Shown here: piece by piece, positions 26,021 to 35,006 of the stretch
Position numbering within the stretch: the first letter of the stretch is position 1
Layout of the letters: each line of letters begins with the position of its first letter
Source of the DNA: Alphaproteobacteria bacterium
GTDB taxonomy: Bacteria; Pseudomonadota; Alphaproteobacteria; Rs-D84; SZUA-605
Assembly (NCBI GenBank): GCA_031549385.1
Contig: JAVBPW010000002.1
Span: 17,841-81,840 of the forward strand
DNA: 64,000 nt
Reading direction: 5' to 3'
The notes under the pieces: generated by a model
The model's database searches: none
What the model saw: only the letters and a program-made list of their open reading frames with translations
Told to the model about the DNA's origin: nothing
Program-made: the position numbers and the translations under genes

Positions 26021-27001
26021 ATGATAAAGATTTTTAAAAAATTGAATAAAAAACATAATGACGAAGGTTTGTATAGAAATACGTATGAAAAACAATTTAT
26101 GAAATCATATGTTGATTTTTTTGAATCTGATAAGTTTGAAGACACTTATAAACGTTTTGTTAAAAATATGGATGAACAAAGCACTCTGGAAATTGCTCGT
26201 ATAGTTAATAGAATTAAATTAGCTTATTACTCTGATGAAAAAAGAATTGATATGTTTAATGAAATTGAAAAAAAGGAAATGAAGCTTTCAAAAGATATGC
26301 AAAAAGATGTTGTTAAGATGTCAGATAATATGTTTTGCTATAAAGATTACTTTATGCCTTTTAATATGTTTGCTCCTGATATTTTTTATTCAGAATGTCA
26401 CGTAAAAGGATTTGATTATCCACAAAGATTTGCTGATAAGGCTATTATGGATGTTGGAGCTATGATTGGTGATAGTGCTATTATTTTAGCTCGTCATACT
26501 AATGATAAGGTTTATTCTTTTGAACCTATTGATACTAATTATAAAGCTTTGCTTGCAACTATTAAAATGAACGAATTGGAAGGTAAAATTATTCCTGAGA
26601 ATTTAGCTTTGTCATCAGAAAATGGAAGTATTACTATTTCTTTATGTTCTGATGAAGTTAATGGTGGCGCTTCTTTTGATGCTCGAAATGGGGAAATGAG
26701 ATCCGTTGTTGTGAAAACTCAAACTTTAGATGAATATGTTGCTAAGAACAAAATTAAAGTTGGGCTTATTAAAGTTGATATTGAAGGTGCTGAACAAGAA
26801 TTTTTAAAAGGGGCTATGAATGTTATTAAAACTCAAAGACCTTCTTTGGCTTTGAGTATCTATCATAAAGTGGAAGATTTGTTTGCAATTAAAATTATTG
26901 TTGATAATTTAAATTTAGGGTATAAATTTAAAGTAAAACGAACCTATGATGGGTTAATTTATAATGAAACACTTTTACTTTGTGAGGTTGAAAAACAATG
27001 A
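26021..27001 (+). CDS. FkbM-family methyltransferase
   Basis: DVGAMIGDSAIILA SAM motif, FEP, and IKVDIEGAEQEFLKGA, characteristic of the FkbM family. Confidence 0.75.
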   Translation: MIKIFKKLNKKHNDEGLYRNTYEKQFMKSYVDFFESDKFEDTYKRFVKNMDEQSTLEIARIVNRIKLAYYSDEKRIDMFNEIEKKEMKLSKDMQKDVVKMSDNMFCYKDYFMPFNMFAPDIFYSECHVKGFDYPQRFADKAIMDVGAMIGDSAIILARHTNDKVYSFEPIDTNYKALLATIKMNELEGKIIPENLALSSENGSITISLCSDEVNGGASFDARNGEMRSVVVKTQTLDEYVAKNKIKVGLIKVDIEGAEQEFLKGAMNVIKTQRPSLALSIYHKVEDLFAIKIIVDNLNLGYKFKVKRTYDGLIYNETLLLCEVEKQ

Positions 27002-27906
27002 TTTATGATTGCTTTACTCTTTTTAATGAATTTGATGTCTTAGAAATTCGTCTTAATGTTCTTAATGATGTTGTTGATAAATTTGTTATAGTTGAAGGTG
27101 ATAAAACTCATTCTGGTTTAGATAAACCTTTGTATTTTAAACAAGTTCAGACAAGATTTGAAAAATTTAAAGATAAGATAATTTATATCGCTGTGGAAGA
27201 TTTTCCACCTTATAACAATAATTCTTGGGAATATGAAAATTATCAAAGAAATTGTATTGCTATTGGACTTACAAAAGCAAAGCCTGATGATATTATTTTA
27301 GTTTCTGATTTAGACGAAATACCAAGACCAGAAAAAATATTAGAATATAAAGATCAAGCTGGAATAGTAACTTTTGAACAAGATTTCTTTTACTATTTCT
27401 TGAATTGTAAGGGAATTCCTGGAAAAAGTAAGAAAGCTAAACGAAGAAGACAAGGCAAATTTTTGGGAACTCGTATGATGTCTTATAAAGATTTTTTACA
27501 TGGTTTGGATAATGTTGATTTGCCTGAAACAGAATATTATATCAAAAAATATTGTACTGGAACTACTGCTACTAAAATTAGACAATATGATAAGGGAGTT
27601 ATTATAAAAGATGGTGGTTGGCATTTTTCATACCTTGGTGGAGTTGAGGCTATTATTAAAAAAATTAAAGCATTTGGACATCAAGAATTTAATTCAGAGA
27701 AATTTACTGATGCTAATAAAATACGAAAACTTATTGAAAGTGGAAGAGATATTTTTGGTAGAAAGCAAGTTATGTTTGAATTTGTAAAGATAGATGATAG
27801 TTATCCTAAATATATTATTGAAAATAAAGAAAAGTATGACTATTTGGTATTTAAGCCTTCAAAGTGGTACAAATTTAAGAGATTTTTTAAGAATTTATTT
27901 AGATAG
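26998..27906 (+). CDS. family 17 glycosyltransferase (GnT-III-like)
   Basis: N-terminus MIYDCFTLFNEFDVLEIRLNVLNDVVDKFVIVEGDKTH matches the GT17 signature. 4-nt overlap with the upstream gene. Confidence 0.65.
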   Translation: MIYDCFTLFNEFDVLEIRLNVLNDVVDKFVIVEGDKTHSGLDKPLYFKQVQTRFEKFKDKIIYIAVEDFPPYNNNSWEYENYQRNCIAIGLTKAKPDDIILVSDLDEIPRPEKILEYKDQAGIVTFEQDFFYYFLNCKGIPGKSKKAKRRRQGKFLGTRMMSYKDFLHGLDNVDLPETEYYIKKYCTGTTATKIRQYDKGVIIKDGGWHFSYLGGVEAIIKKIKAFGHQEFNSEKFTDANKIRKLIESGRDIFGRKQVMFEFVKIDDSYPKYIIENKEKYDYLVFKPSKWYKFKRFFKNLFR

Positions 27907-27954
27907 TTTGAAGATATCTTCCTATTTATTAATCTATAAAACAAAAGGATATAT

Positions 27955-28776
27955 ATGAATACAGACCGCTCAAAAATATACAATATCCGTCTTACGGATA
28001 ATGATCCAAGAACTTATTCTATTAATTGGATTGATAAGAAAAATGCTAAAGTTTTAGATGTTGGTTGTGCATGTGGCGATTTTGTTGAAAATCTTAAAAA
28101 GTTAAAAGAAGTTTCTGCTTGGGGTATGGATTATAATCAAGGAAGCTTGGATATAGCTGAAAAAACAAAGGCGTTTGAGGAATTATTTCAAGTTGATTTA
28201 AATAATTTTGATGAAAATAAATATTCTAAGTTTAATTCCTTTTTTGATTATATAGTTTTTGGTGATGTGTTAGAACATATAATTAATCCTGAAAAAGTTT
28301 TAGAGGTATTTAAAAAGTTATTAAAAAAAGATGGATGCTTTTTAATTTCATTACCTAATGTTGCTCATGCAAGTATTAAAGCTAATTTATTGATTGATAA
28401 TTTTGATTATACAGAAAATGGTCTTCTTGATAAAACTCATGTAAGATTTTTTACTTATAAAACAATTGCTAAATTCTATGCTGATTTGAATTTAGAAATC
28501 TTAGATTATAAATATACTAATTGGGCTGGGATTAAAGGAACTCAATTAAATAATCCATATAAGAAACTTCCGTTTTTAGTAAAAAGATTTATTTTGAAAG
28601 ATCCTCATTCTCATGTTTGTCAGTATGTTACTAAGTTACAAATTTCTGATAAAAATATAGAAGAGTTGAATGAGAAAAATTTAAAAATTTTAAAAGATGG
28701 AACTAAGGGATTAAGAGCTAAACCTAGAGGTTTAAAAAAATTAATTTATAAAGCTTTTAAAAGACTTTTTTCCTAG
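27955..28776 (+). CDS. class I SAM-dependent methyltransferase
   Basis: VLDVGCACGDF motif I and FGDVLEHI...DGCFLISLPN post-I/II motifs. Confidence 0.75.
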   Translation: MNTDRSKIYNIRLTDNDPRTYSINWIDKKNAKVLDVGCACGDFVENLKKLKEVSAWGMDYNQGSLDIAEKTKAFEELFQVDLNNFDENKYSKFNSFFDYIVFGDVLEHIINPEKVLEVFKKLLKKDGCFLISLPNVAHASIKANLLIDNFDYTENGLLDKTHVRFFTYKTIAKFYADLNLEILDYKYTNWAGIKGTQLNNPYKKLPFLVKRFILKDPHSHVCQYVTKLQISDKNIEELNEKNLKILKDGTKGLRAKPRGLKKLIYKAFKRLFS

Positions 28777-28855
28777 TTTGAAAATTTTAATATTTCTTGA
28801 TTAAAGATTAGAATCTGATACACTTTAATATGTATAGTTTTTATATCAAAAATGG

Positions 28856-30865
28856 ATGGGTAAAATGAAACTAGGTAGAAAAGTATTAATATCAACAATA
28901 TCTCTTGTTGTTATTTGTGGATTGGCTTGTACTGTTGCTAATTATTTTAAAAAGAAAAATTCAAATAATTCTCAAAAAGAAGCAACTGCAGTTACTGCAA
29001 AAATGAATGATGCTCTTTTGAGCTATTTACCATTTGAAGATAAACAAGATTTTGAAGATGCTCAAAGAGGATTTATTGCTACTATTGCAGATTTAAACTT
29101 AAAAAGTGAACAAGGGCATACTATTTGGAGTATGACAGATTATGCTTTTTTGAATAATGAAAAAGCTCCAGCTACTGTTAATCCAAGTTTATGGAGACAG
29201 TCTAGAATTAATATGTTTAATGGACTTTTCAAAGTTACTGATAGAATTTATCAAGTACGTGGTTTTGATTTGTCTAATATGACTATATTGGAAGGAGATA
29301 CTGGAATTATAGTTATAGATCCTCTTGCATCTGCGGAAACTGCTAAAGTTGCTTTGGAGCTTTATTTTAAACATCGTCCAAAGAAGCCTATTGTTGCTGT
29401 TATTCATACTCATTCTCATATAGACCATTATGGTGGTGTTAGAGGTATTATTTCTGAGGAAGATGTAAAATCTGGAAAAATTAAATTAATTGCACCTGAT
29501 GGTTTTTTTAAGGCTGCTATTTCTGAAAATGTTTATGCTGGAAATGCTATGGGGCGTCGTGCACTTTATCATACTGGAGCATTACTTAAAAAAAGTGAAA
29601 AAGGTCAAGTTGATGACGGTTTAGGTAAAACAGCTTCAATTGGAACAAATACTATTATAGAGCCAACAACTATTATCAAAACGACTGGTGAAAAAATGAC
29701 AGTTGATGGAATTGATATTGTGTTTTTAATGGCTCCTGGTACAGAAGCGCCTGCAGAAATGTTGATGTATTATCCTCAATTTAAAGCTCTTAATGCCGCT
29801 GAAGATTGCACTCATAATTTGCATAACCTTTATACTCTTCGTGGAGCAGAAGTTCGTGATGCTAATCAATGGTGGAAAACTTTGAATAATGCTATTGAAA
29901 TGTTTGGCTCAGATGTAGAAGTTATGTTTGCTCAACATCATTGGCCAATTTGGGATAATAATAGAGTAAATGAAATGCTTGCTTCTCAAAGAGATATGTA
30001 TAAATATTTACATGATTATTCACTTAATTTAATTAATAAAGGTTATACTATGATTGAGATTGGTGAGTTAGTTAAATTGCCAGAAAATTTAGATAAAAAA
30101 TTTTATAATAGAGGATATTATGGTTCTGTTAACCATGATGTTAAGGCTGTATATCAAAAATATATTGGTTTTTATAGTGGTAATCCTGCTGATCTTTATC
30201 AGTTGCCACCAGAAGATGCTGCAAAGAAATATGTAGAATATATGGGTGGTGCTGATCATGTTATTAGAAAAGCAAAACAAGATTACAAAGATGGAAACTA
30301 TCGTTGGGTTGCTCAAGTTATGAACCAAGTTGTTTTTGCTTATCCTAATAATCAAGAAGCTAAAGATTTAGAAGCTGATGCATTAGAACAATTAGGTTAT
30401 CAAGCAGAATCTGGAACTTGGAGAAATAATTTCTTATTTGGTGCACAAGAGCTTAGAGGTGGAGTTATAAAACTTCCTACTGCAGGAATTGCTTCACCTG
30501 ATACTATTAGAGGGATGACAACAGATATGGTGTTTGATTTAATGGGTATTCGTCTTGATGTTAAAAAAGCTGATGGAAAATTATTATCATTTAATGTAGA
30601 AAATAAAGAAAAAAGTGAAAAATATCTATTAAAATTAAGTAACTCAGCTTTAGTTTATACACAAAATAAATCAGATAATAAAGCTGATGCTACTATTGTT
30701 TTATATTCTTCTTCAGATTTAGCAGAAATTATTGGTGGAATTGCTAAATTAGATGATAAAGTTAAAGCTGGTAAGATTAAAATAACAGGAGATAAATCTA
30801 AATTTGAAGATTTGTTAAATATGCAAGAAGTGTTTGATCAAAACTTTAATATTGTTACTCCATAA
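28856..30865 (+). CDS. alkyl/aryl-sulfatase, MBL-fold (SdsA1/Bds1 type)
   Basis: N-terminal TM/signal segment, HTHSHIDHYGG zinc motif, long dimerisation region and SCP2-like C-terminus. Confidence 0.8.
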   Translation: MGKMKLGRKVLISTISLVVICGLACTVANYFKKKNSNNSQKEATAVTAKMNDALLSYLPFEDKQDFEDAQRGFIATIADLNLKSEQGHTIWSMTDYAFLNNEKAPATVNPSLWRQSRINMFNGLFKVTDRIYQVRGFDLSNMTILEGDTGIIVIDPLASAETAKVALELYFKHRPKKPIVAVIHTHSHIDHYGGVRGIISEEDVKSGKIKLIAPDGFFKAAISENVYAGNAMGRRALYHTGALLKKSEKGQVDDGLGKTASIGTNTIIEPTTIIKTTGEKMTVDGIDIVFLMAPGTEAPAEMLMYYPQFKALNAAEDCTHNLHNLYTLRGAEVRDANQWWKTLNNAIEMFGSDVEVMFAQHHWPIWDNNRVNEMLASQRDMYKYLHDYSLNLINKGYTMIEIGELVKLPENLDKKFYNRGYYGSVNHDVKAVYQKYIGFYSGNPADLYQLPPEDAAKKYVEYMGGADHVIRKAKQDYKDGNYRWVAQVMNQVVFAYPNNQEAKDLEADALEQLGYQAESGTWRNNFLFGAQELRGGVIKLPTAGIASPDTIRGMTTDMVFDLMGIRLDVKKADGKLLSFNVENKEKSEKYLLKLSNSALVYTQNKSDNKADATIVLYSSSDLAEIIGGIAKLDDKVKAGKIKITGDKSKFEDLLNMQEVFDQNFNIVTP

Positions 30866-30872
30866 TAAATAA

Positions 30873-30895
30873 AGCTCCTGAAAAGGAGCTTTTTT
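30873..30895 (+). terminator. intrinsic terminator
   Basis: AGCTCC-TGAAAA-GGAGCT hairpin plus a T-run. The 25-nt sequence is identical to the one at 32954-32978. Confidence 0.7.
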
Positions 30896-30900
30896 AGACA

Positions 30901-30926
30901 CAAAAATAAGGGGAATTTATCCCCTT
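30901..30926 (-). terminator. intrinsic terminator
   Basis: AAGGGGA-loop-TCCCCTT hairpin with flanking A/T runs, just downstream of the minus-strand EF-hand gene. Confidence 0.6.
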
Positions 30927-30945
30927 TATTTTTTAAAAGGTTATA

Positions 30946-31281
30946 TTATTTATTACCTTTTTTTCCACCTTTTTGGCCTTTACCTTCGCCGTCTTTTTTC
31001 CATTCACCTTTATGTTCTTCTTTGAATGATTTCATTTCTTCTTTTGTGATACATCCATCACCATCTTTGTCCATTTTATCAGCATCATTTGCCATTGGGC
31101 CTTTTAATTGTGTTTTATCTAAACATCCATCAACAAACTTTTTTTCCCAATCTGGTTTTTCACCTTTCATACCTTTATGATCGCCTGATGGTTTCCCTTT
31201 TGGACCTTTTGTTGTTGTATCATTAGCCATTACATTTGTTGAAATTAATGCAACTGTTAAAATAAATAATGCTTTTTTCAT
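30946..31281 (-). CDS. secreted Lys/Gly-rich EF-hand protein
   Basis: Signal peptide, canonical EF-hand loop DKDGDGCITKEE, and a KG-rich tail. Confidence 0.6.
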   Translation of the reverse strand: MKKALFILTVALISTNVMANDTTTKGPKGKPSGDHKGMKGEKPDWEKKFVDGCLDKTQLKGPMANDADKMDKDGDGCITKEEMKSFKEEHKGEWKKDGEGKGQKGGKKGNK

Positions 31282-31393
31282 TTTGTTTCTCCTTTTGTTA
31301 AAGTGTTAGAATTTTATCACAAATTTGTCTTGCCAGCAATGATTTAAATTACTATTTTTAGATATGTGCAATTATGCGACAAGTGAGGTTTTC

Positions 31394-32191
31394 ATGCTAG
31401 GGGCTGTTATTGGTGATATTGTAGGTTCTGTTTATGAGTTTAATAATATTAAAACTAAAGAGTTTAAATTCTTTTCTGAAAAAGGATATTTTACAGATGA
31501 TACTATTTTAACTTGTGCATCTGCTGACTGGTTGCTTAATGGAGGAAATGCTAAAGATTTCTTAGTTAAATGGGGAAATAAATATATTAATAGAAATGTT
31601 CAAGCTCCACAAACTCCTTTTGGAAAAGGTTTTATGGATTGGCTGAAGGATAAAGAACACAAACCTTATATGGCTAATACTAATGGTTGTGTTATGAGAA
31701 TTAGTCCTGTTGCTTATTTAATTAGAAATACAAAAGAAGCTTTAAAAAAAGCAGAGCAATTTTCTAATGTTACTCATAATCATATTGAAAGTTTAAATGC
31801 TGTTAGAGCTTATATTGAAACTGTTCATAAATGTTTTAATAAAGAAAATTCTAATAGTGTTAGAAAATATATTTCAGATAAATATGGATATGATTTAACT
31901 AAATCAGTTGATGAAATAAGACAAGATTATAATAAATTTTATTGCACTTGTAAAAACTCTGTTCCTCAGGCTATTGTTTGTGCATTAGAAGCAAATTCAT
32001 TTGAAGATGGAATCAGAAATGCTGTCTCACTTGGTGGAGATAGTGATACTCTTGCTTGTATGTGTGGGGCTATTGTTGAGGCTCGATTTGGAATTCCTAA
32101 TGATATTAAAGAAAAAGCTTTTCAATATTTAGATGATAATATAAAAAAAATTATTGCTCTAGAATATGATGAAAGAATCATTGATTTATAA
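31394..32191 (+). CDS. ADP-ribosylglycohydrolase family protein
   Basis: MLGAVIGDIVGSVYEF N-terminus and C-terminal GGDSDTLACMCGAI metal-site motif. ATG 31394 follows GAGG; the track ORF starts at 31364. Confidence 0.8.
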   Translation: MLGAVIGDIVGSVYEFNNIKTKEFKFFSEKGYFTDDTILTCASADWLLNGGNAKDFLVKWGNKYINRNVQAPQTPFGKGFMDWLKDKEHKPYMANTNGCVMRISPVAYLIRNTKEALKKAEQFSNVTHNHIESLNAVRAYIETVHKCFNKENSNSVRKYISDKYGYDLTKSVDEIRQDYNKFYCTCKNSVPQAIVCALEANSFEDGIRNAVSLGGDSDTLACMCGAIVEARFGIPNDIKEKAFQYLDDNIKKIIALEYDERIIDL

Positions 32192-32241
32192 ATAAAAAGA
32201 TTCTAAGCTGATAATTATCATATTAAAAAAGGAGAAGAGAT

Positions 32242-32940
32242 ATGAAAAAATACTTTGCTGAAGTTATTGGAACTATGGTTTTAGTTTTCTTTGGAGTAGG
32301 TTCTGCAGTTCTTGCAGGAGCTTATATTGGTAATGTTGGAGTTGGACTTTGTTTTGGGGTTGCTGTTATTGCTATGGCTTATGCTTTGGGTGCTATTTCA
32401 GGAGCTCATCTTAATCCAGCTGTTTCACTTGGGATGCTTGCAAGTGGCAGAATGAAAGCTACTGATTTTTTTGGTTATGTAGTTGCTCAATTTATTGGTG
32501 CTACACTTGGTGCATTACTTGTTTACTTTATTGTTATCGGTATGCCTGGTTATACTATTGCTGCTGGTCTTGGACAAAATGGATGGGGAATGGGATATGC
32601 TAGCGAATTTAATTTAACATCTGCTATATTGTTTGAACTTATTGCTACATTTATGTTTGTTAGAATTATTTTGGAAGTTACAGAACAAGATAGTAAACAT
32701 GCAGGATTAGTTATTGGTTTAACATTAGCTGTATTATTAATGATTGGAATGCAAATTACTGGTGGATCACTTAATCCTGCTCGTAGTTTTGCTCCTGCTG
32801 TTATTGTAGGTGGAACTGCATTACAACAATTATGGTTGTTCTTAGTTGTTCCAGCTGCTGGTGGATTGTTAGCAGGACTTGTTCATCGTTTCTTTGGATT
32901 GAACAAAGTTTCAACAAAAAAGACAAATAAAAGAAAATAA
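32242..32940 (+). CDS. aqpZ: aquaporin (MIP family)
   Basis: Six TM helices with the two NPA boxes (HLNPAVS, SLNPARS). Confidence 0.9.
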   Translation: MKKYFAEVIGTMVLVFFGVGSAVLAGAYIGNVGVGLCFGVAVIAMAYALGAISGAHLNPAVSLGMLASGRMKATDFFGYVVAQFIGATLGALLVYFIVIGMPGYTIAAGLGQNGWGMGYASEFNLTSAILFELIATFMFVRIILEVTEQDSKHAGLVIGLTLAVLLMIGMQITGGSLNPARSFAPAVIVGGTALQQLWLFLVVPAAGGLLAGLVHRFFGLNKVSTKKTNKRK

Positions 32941-32953
32941 TTGTAAAAAAATA

Positions 32954-32978
32954 AAAGCTCCTGAAAAGGAGCTTTTTT
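32954..32978 (+). terminator. intrinsic terminator
   Basis: AAAGCTCCTGAAAAGGAGCTTTTTT, identical to 30871-30895. Confidence 0.7.
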
Positions 32979-32991
32979 ATTTATAGTTTTT

Positions 32992-33483
32992 TTAAAAACG
33001 TCCAGATTCCATTTTCATGTCTGGTAAAGTGATTTTATCATAAAATGTATTATCTTGAGTAAAGATTATTTCTTTTATGTCAGATTTATCAACTTGAAAG
33101 ATTGTTACTGGTTGCATTTTATAAGTTAGTTTTTCACCTACCTTAACACTGTAGTTAACAGTTAAAGTTTTGTCTTTTTGCTTTATAGATTTTACTGTAA
33201 CTTCAGTTTGTTTGTCTGTTGGTGTTAATGCAATTGCTATTGTTCTTTTTGCTGAGTCAATTGATGGTTGGTTGGACATTGTTCTTCCTACACCAAAGGA
33301 ATATAAAAATTCATCTTGAGTATCTGCAACAAAGTAATTTACTGGATATTGTAATTTAACAGTATTTTTTAGAAAGTATCCTGTTGATGGATAAAATTTT
33401 ATTTCTGTTGTTTGAGCTTGAGCTTTACAAGCAGCAAGTGCTATAAATCCTACTGCTATTAATGCTATTGGTTTGATTTTCAT
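32992..33483 (-). CDS. hypothetical lipoprotein
   Basis: ATG 33483 follows AAGGAG. Lipobox LAAC. No other recognisable motif. Confidence 0.45.
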   Translation of the reverse strand: MKIKPIALIAVGFIALAACKAQAQTTEIKFYPSTGYFLKNTVKLQYPVNYFVADTQDEFLYSFGVGRTMSNQPSIDSAKRTIAIALTPTDKQTEVTVKSIKQKDKTLTVNYSVKVGEKLTYKMQPVTIFQVDKSDIKEIIFTQDNTFYDKITLPDMKMESGRF

Positions 33484-33621
33484 TTTATGTTCTCCTTTTG
33501 GTTTTATAAGTTTATTTTTATTTAGGAAGTAAATCAATTATTTTCAACGGTTATATTTTTATTGATTAGAAAAAGTATTTAATTATTATTAGAAGTATAA
33601 TAAAAATATTTGGAGGTTAAA

Positions 33622-34032
33622 ATGCAATATAAAACTACTGGAAATGTTGATTTAAAAACTGCTGCTGTTATAGCATTTGTTGGGTTGATTTTTATGTGTG
33701 GGCTGTTTTATATAATGCCTAAATATAATGTTTATAGCAAAAGATTATCAGGAGAAGCTCAATTAGCTGAAGCTGAAAGTAATCGAAAGATTGCTGTTGC
33801 AGAAGCTGAGGCAAAAAAAGAAAGTGCTAAATCTTTAGCAGATGCTGAAGTTATTAGAGCTGAAGGGGTTGCTAAGGCTAATAAGATTATTGGAGATAGT
33901 TTGAAACAAAATGAAAGTTATTTAAGATATCTTTATATTCAAAGTCTTTCTGATTCAGAAACAAGAGGAAATAAAATTATTTATATTCCAACTGAAGCAG
34001 GGTTACCTATTCTTGAAGCAGGAAGAAGATAA
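33622..34032 (+). CDS. small membrane protein with SPFH/band-7 C-terminal-like coiled coil
   Basis: One TM helix, then AEAESNRKIAVAEAEAKKES...AEVIRAEGVAKANKII, reminiscent of stomatin/prohibitin C-terminal regions. ATG follows GGAGG. Confidence 0.45.
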   Translation: MQYKTTGNVDLKTAAVIAFVGLIFMCGLFYIMPKYNVYSKRLSGEAQLAEAESNRKIAVAEAEAKKESAKSLADAEVIRAEGVAKANKIIGDSLKQNESYLRYLYIQSLSDSETRGNKIIYIPTEAGLPILEAGRR

Positions 34033-34039
34033 TTAACCT

Positions 34040-34600
34040 ATGAAATTTATATTAGTTTTTTTAGGAATTTTTCTTACTTCTTTATCAAGTTGGGCTAATG
34101 ATAATCCTTTCTTTGGAAAAGATATGAAACAATCATATGGATTTAATACTGGATTTGGTGTGGACACTGGTTTTATTGTTCCACCTCCTGGACCATTTGT
34201 TCCTTTTACTATTATGAATTTTCAATATTCTATGCCAAATACTTTTTTTGAATTACCTGGACGTCAATCTATTAACTTTGCTCAGACTTTAGGGTGGGGT
34301 GAAGATAGAGGTTGGGATTGGGAAGATTTTTCTATTCCTATTATATATTTATCTGAAGATTTTGCATTTTTTTGGGGAAAAGATTGGTATGTTGGAAGTG
34401 GGTTAGGAATTGGATTTCAAGCTCATCAAAATGATCGTATTGGATCTAAGTTGCTTTTCCAATTTAAACTTCTTGCTGGATATAGGTTTTCTGATAAATG
34501 GGCAGGGGAATTTATTATTCAACATTTTTCTAATGGATCTACTACTGATCAAAATAATTCTTATGCTTTTTATGGATTGGGATTTACTTATAGTTTTTAG
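34040..34600 (+). CDS. PagL-like lipid A deacylase / acyloxyacyl hydrolase
   Basis: Signal peptide, small beta-barrel-like sequence with the HFSNG catalytic-type motif and a C-terminal aromatic residue (TYSF). Confidence 0.6.
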   Translation: MKFILVFLGIFLTSLSSWANDNPFFGKDMKQSYGFNTGFGVDTGFIVPPPGPFVPFTIMNFQYSMPNTFFELPGRQSINFAQTLGWGEDRGWDWEDFSIPIIYLSEDFAFFWGKDWYVGSGLGIGFQAHQNDRIGSKLLFQFKLLAGYRFSDKWAGEFIIQHFSNGSTTDQNNSYAFYGLGFTYSF

Positions 34601-34894
34601 TTATTTGTTACAATAAACTGCATATGTTGTTGGAATGTATATTCCACCTGTCATGAAATCTATAAATCCGTTTAAAGTATTTCTTGTTGTTTCAATTGAG
34701 TTTAAACCTGTTTTTGGACAAGCTTTATCTGCTTGAATTGAACTGCTTCCCCAAAGTCCCCAAACATAATGACGATGAGTTTCAATAAAACTTGCTTGAG
34801 CCATTTTTTTGTCAGGATTATCTAATTGTAAATGAGCTGGCGCACAGCCAGCTAATATTGCAATTGAAAATAATGCAAAATAAAAGTTTTTCAT
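34601..34894 (-). CDS. bor: Bor-family outer-membrane lipoprotein
   Basis: 97 aa, lipobox LAGC. Aligns closely by eye with lambda Bor (THRHYVWGL..., ADKACP..., NGFIDFMTGGIYIPTTYAVYC). Confidence 0.8.
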   Translation of the reverse strand: MKNFYFALFSIAILAGCAPAHLQLDNPDKKMAQASFIETHRHYVWGLWGSSSIQADKACPKTGLNSIETTRNTLNGFIDFMTGGIYIPTTYAVYCNK

Positions 34895-35006
34895 AATTTA
34901 TATTTATACCTTAAATCAAAAGTTTTTGCAATATAATAAATGAAAAAAACTTGTATTATAGAATATCGTCTTTATAATAATTTTTATAATTATAAAAGGA
35001 ATAAAA

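Noticed and set aside
30871-32978. Identical 25-nt sequence AAAGCTCCTGAAAAGGAGCTTTTTT at 30871-30895 and 32954-32978, with a related inverted version at 22857-22878, considered as a dispersed repeat family.
   Set aside because: These are simple intrinsic terminators immediately after stop codons. The shared GGAGC/GCTCC stem is short enough to arise by convergence. They are reported as terminators only.
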